Assembly (NCBI GenBank): GCA_048013815.1
Contig: CM106586.1
Location: 9,114,001-9,178,000 of the forward strand
Direction: 5' to 3'
Source: Setoptus koraiensis
Taxonomy: Eukaryota > Animalia > Arthropoda
DNA length: 64,000 nucleotides
The notes beneath the pieces were generated by a model that was not told the DNA's origin, did not search any database, and saw nothing but the letters and a program-made list of their open reading frames with translations. The translations under genes were made by a program, and so were the position numbers. Below are positions 61,201-64,000 of this stretch, one piece after another (position 1 is the first letter of the stretch; every line of letters begins with the position of its first letter).

Positions 61201-62234
61201 AGTGACATTCGCCTGGGCTATTTCATGCATGAATATTCTTTATCTCTGGAAAATAGACGTTTTTTTATTTCAACGTTGACATTAGTGCCACTTATATCAA
61301 CAGGTTAACAGCCAAACGCAACTAAAATGATGAATTCAAGCGCTCGGCTGTTAACCCGTTGGTACAGATACACTATACATAATATGTATTACATATACGT
61401 CCAGATGCAAACTGTCTCGGAGATCCATTTGCTAAAATAGCAATACTTGTTGATTTTGCTCTTGCCATTAATCTGTTTTTTCTTCATCTGAGTTTCATTT
61501 GGTGGTATTGGTCATTTGATTTTATTGGTCATTCTTTTTTTGTCACCTCGGTTTGAAACGGACAACGGTGAATGCCGCGGACGGATGTCCATCGGCACGC
61601 TGTCTTATTATAGCGGCAAACTTGAATTTTATTTTTCACAATCGGGCAGCTTTCTTTCTGACGACCTGCTTCCATCTCCGACGCCACCTGTCGAGCTGCT
61701 ATGTCCGCCTCGGCCGACATGGGGCACCACCGACTACGTTAGACGGGAACTTTGTGTCGATCATATCCATGACCACTCGCTGATCATGATCTCCGACCTC
61801 GACACATATTTGGGTTATCGGAACGCCCGCGCCTTCATTTCTCTTGGCAGCACCTAACCCCTTGCAGGTGGGTATAGTTTGATCCGCCCTTGCACTTTAA
61901 GTTTTCGAACACAAGATGAGGTGATATAAATATAGCTCCACAGGAGGAGGTCCCCTTCGATCTATAGAGACCATAATAGGGATACAGATCATCACAAACA
62001 CAACAAAACAAATCAATTTTGACCTAGTCAGACCTCTTCAGGTTGAATTTAAAATTTAAGATTTAGCTGCTGAAGTCTCCCTACGTTCCAATAATAAACT
62101 GGCGGTGTATTCTGCAGACGTTTTTATTTTAAGTAACGCATATAGAGAAAACATGTGGGTTAAAGGATTACTGTTACATAATAACAATACAAGAAAAAGT
62201 ATAACAAATGTAGTATAATGCCAGTGTAGCAAAG

Positions 62235-64000
62235 TTAGCTGTGATGATCGTTGAGGCTAGAAGTGGTAGGAATCCTGGAATGATATATAATACAAAACAT
62301 AATGGCTGCCATTGTGATGGCCACCAACTGTACAAACACAGAGGCCGCGCTAAATCCGGCCGCCATACCTGCTCGAATATCGAATAGTTCTCTGAAGGCT
62401 CGGCCACAGCCCTGGGTCGGATACAATGAGCAATGATTGCGATTGAGAACATATAGCAATGGAATAATTTAAAGTTTAGTTACAACTCTTGTTAGATTAA
62501 ATATTATTCTGCGTACATTGTGAGAGATAATGACTGCCGACAGACAATGATCAACTTACCGGCGCGTTGACGTAGTTTCTATTAACGGCATAACAGCTAA
62601 TAGGCGGATTCATGCCGAGGTTTGCGTAATCTAGGAATGAGGAGGCGCCGCAACACTTCATCTGAGATGGGCGAGATGAGAAAAGCAATGAATATTAATG
62701 ATGTTGCTTGACTTGATGGATCATGAGCAGCAACAGGTGCCGCGTCATAATGCCGACAGACATAGTGAGAGGCTGGGGGTGGTGGGGCGAATTTAGACTC
62801 TCACCTTGATTTGTATAAAATCTAGAAATTGCGCCGATCTGTCGCTTCTTGTTTTGTTTTGTATTTGCTGATAAACCTCCTTGGTGGCGAACCGTTCCAA
62901 CGAATCGCCCAGTCCGTACACGGTCACTAAAACGAGCGAGCCCATGAGCAGCAGAGTTATTATTGCCACCATTACAAAATAGTAGATAAGGTGGCCAGGT
63001 TTGCTCTTTGAGGCCGCTCTAAAGCCGATCAGAGCCGTGATGGCAACCACGAAACCGGCAAACAACATTATGTAGCCGGCACTGGTGTAATTGTTGGTCT
63101 GGATGTATTTGTGCAATTCGTACACTTTTGGATCTATCCTGAACCAGAGGCCCATGCCAAAATTGGCCACGCCAAACAGTAGAACAAGAAAGTTGAATAC
63201 AAAGAATATCACTTTAAATCTGTGTAAATAACGCATACTAGGCGCCAATTCGCATGCCAATCCGCAACACCGGCACACATAAACAGGCTCGGGATCTTGG
63301 TCATCTTGCAGATCTAGATCATCCGATTCGCTTTTGGCCAGCATACTTTGCGTGGGCGGCGGATAACTGGCCAGATTATTGTTATTGTTAGTGGTTATTA
63401 CTGTGGGATAATACTTGCTGTTGGCATTGCCGTTGCCGTTGCTATTGTTGTTGTCTATGTTGTTGTTGTAGTTGTTGTTGTTGTTGTTTCGCTTGTAACG
63501 TCTCGATTGCGACTCGTTGCTACTGCCATTGATTGATTGCTGTTCGTCGACGACAGGTGCACGATATTTGTATTGCGATTGCGTGTGTAACACTGGCGAT
63601 TGTCTTGTTATCATGGGTTTAGCGTTTATTTCGCGATGTCTTGGCGTCGGCGACGACAGAACGTGCGGCGATCTGGCGCGCTTGTCCATGTCTATGGGAT
63701 ATATCATGTGGTCATGTTGGTCAACGTCGTCATTAAAGCTCCTTCGACGACTGTATGCTGAGTGCTCGTTTGTTGCTGCGTCTTGGTATCGTTGCTGATA
63801 TGCGACACTGTCGCTGTTGATTTGGTTGTTGTTGTTGCTGTCGTTGTGTTTGTCTTTGTGCTCGTCGTCGTCGTCGTCGTCTAAGTTCCACGATATTCGA
63901 GACGGGCTTCTCTTGATGACAACAGTGTCATTGCATGTATTGTCGCTGTCGTTTGATTGATTTGACGGCCCGAACCATTTGTTGGCGGTGTCCGCCTGGG
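62235..64000 (-). CDS. Tetraspanin, 5'-open; exons >64000-62805, 62661-62560, 62411-62235
   Basis: TM1 KVIFFVFNFLVLLFGVANFGMGLW, TM2-3 with GF.AA, a large extracellular loop with F..IQIK|MKCCG...PPISC...|GC, and TM4 AGMAAGFSAASVFVQLVAITMAAIMF. GT-AG phase-0 introns. The upstream frame has no stop from 63707 to the window end. Confidence 0.9.

Noticed and set aside
61516-61860. Integrase (TDNG) on + or protease/zinc knuckle on - continuing the gypsy remnant
   Set aside because: Single short motifs only; the minus-strand order is the reverse of gag-pol order and flanking consensus residues are missing.

Overview
Eukaryotic animal DNA. The genes are arthropod-like, and the loss of introns from housekeeping genes plus extreme local compaction suggest an acariform, possibly eriophyoid, mite (inference; no search was run). 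Genes in order: 3' end of an SLC6 transporter (+); intronless, N-terminally shortened SF3B1 (-), head-to-head with intronless GNB1L/ASA1 (+); a 5-exon GLIS1/3 (lame-duck-like) zinc-finger gene (-); a CUB-LDLa-trypsin protease (+) cut by a 500-N gap; complexin (+) with a tandemly duplicated last exon; a pseudogenised partial copy of the protease region; an orphan secreted Asn/Gln/Pro/Tyr-repeat protein (-); a Ty3/gypsy RNase H remnant with a small inverted-repeat element; a solo histone H4; cyclin D (-, only exon 1 secure); a divergent Jun (+); RAD9 (-); a decayed gypsy RT; and a tetraspanin (-) whose N-terminal frame stays open to the window edge. A C/A-only tract follows the gap. Two long GC-rich, GGGCCC-rich, minisatellite-laden blocks (~14.3-30.4 kb and ~38.3-49.5 kb) contain no recognisable coding sequence; most six-frame ORFs there look like noise. 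No rRNA, tRNA or CRISPR was seen. The best leads are the duplicated complexin terminal exon, the distant branch point in complexin intron 1, the secreted NPNY-repeat protein, the short-zipper Jun, the altered SF3B1 and the telomere-like or artefactual C/A tract. Gene models were spliced by hand and identity estimates are by eye.
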